Position numbers and translations under genes: made by a program. The notes beneath the pieces are model-generated. The model did not search any database, was not told the origin of the DNA, and saw nothing but the letters and a program-made list of their open reading frames with translations. Shown piece after piece: positions 37,271 through 37,279 of a stretch of 37,279 nt of DNA (its first letter is position 1; every line of letters starts with the position of its first letter). The stretch is taken from positions 1 through 37,279 of the forward strand of contig JAILDS010000013.1 in the NCBI GenBank assembly GCA_024689165.1, written 5' to 3'. This DNA is from Clostridia bacterium. Lineage in GTDB: Bacteria > Bacillota > Clostridia > Oscillospirales > Acutalibacteraceae.

Positions 37271-37279
37271 ATTATCATA

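Overview
GC-rich Firmicutes/Clostridia-type chromosomal window. The Oscillospiraceae/Ruminococcaceae-like guess rests on strong GGAGG Shine-Dalgarno use, metG-tatD synteny and a dockerin-like module; composition was judged by eye, not computed. I count about 29 protein genes and saw no rRNA, tRNA, CRISPR array or IS element. Many long ORFs in the supplied track are antisense shadow ORFs of real genes and are rejected. Left third (1-12.9 kb) is mostly housekeeping: a partial GT-C membrane glycosyltransferase missing from the ORF track, rplJ-rplL with an attenuator-type leader, a secreted CHAP-like protein with a dockerin-like tail, tatD, metG, a HAD-IIB phosphatase, a two-subunit aconitase-X dehydratase, a DUF975 protein, tmcAL divergent from ackA, and an Fe-alcohol dehydrogenase. 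Middle (13.0-21.9 kb) is one tightly packed five-gene envelope operon: a MacB-type ATPase, an 1180-aa fused double-FtsX permease with a very long coiled-coil ectodomain, a heterodimeric ABC exporter with one degenerate ATP site, and a PrsW-type intramembrane protease. A consensus promoter and a 2x19-bp tandem repeat in an AT-rich tract sit upstream. Next (21.75-22.42 kb) is an AT-richer patch with a promoter, a 17-codon Met/Ile-rich leader ORF inside a 13-bp helix, an intrinsic terminator with an alternative antiterminator pairing, and an orphan ORF that runs antisense into prsW. Right part: GH16, a YgjP/DUF45 metallopeptidase, then a five-gene operon (DUF4091/GH123-like, SDR, Sfp-type PPTase, twin beta-helix GH55-like protein, 851-aa orphan secreted protein), a YfcC transporter with a structured 5' UTR, and a nucleotide-themed corner. 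That corner holds a nucleoside 2-deoxyribosyltransferase, a visibly AT-richer AAA+ ATPase/DUF234 gene ending in a PD-(D/E)xK nuclease motif with a palindromic operator at its promoter, and a Ham1/ITPase-GNAT fusion. Best leads for something undescribed: the coiled-coil MacB-type operon ending in PrsW, the glycan operon with an embedded orphan PPTase and the 851-aa orphan, the ATPase-nuclease island, and the leader-peptide attenuator.
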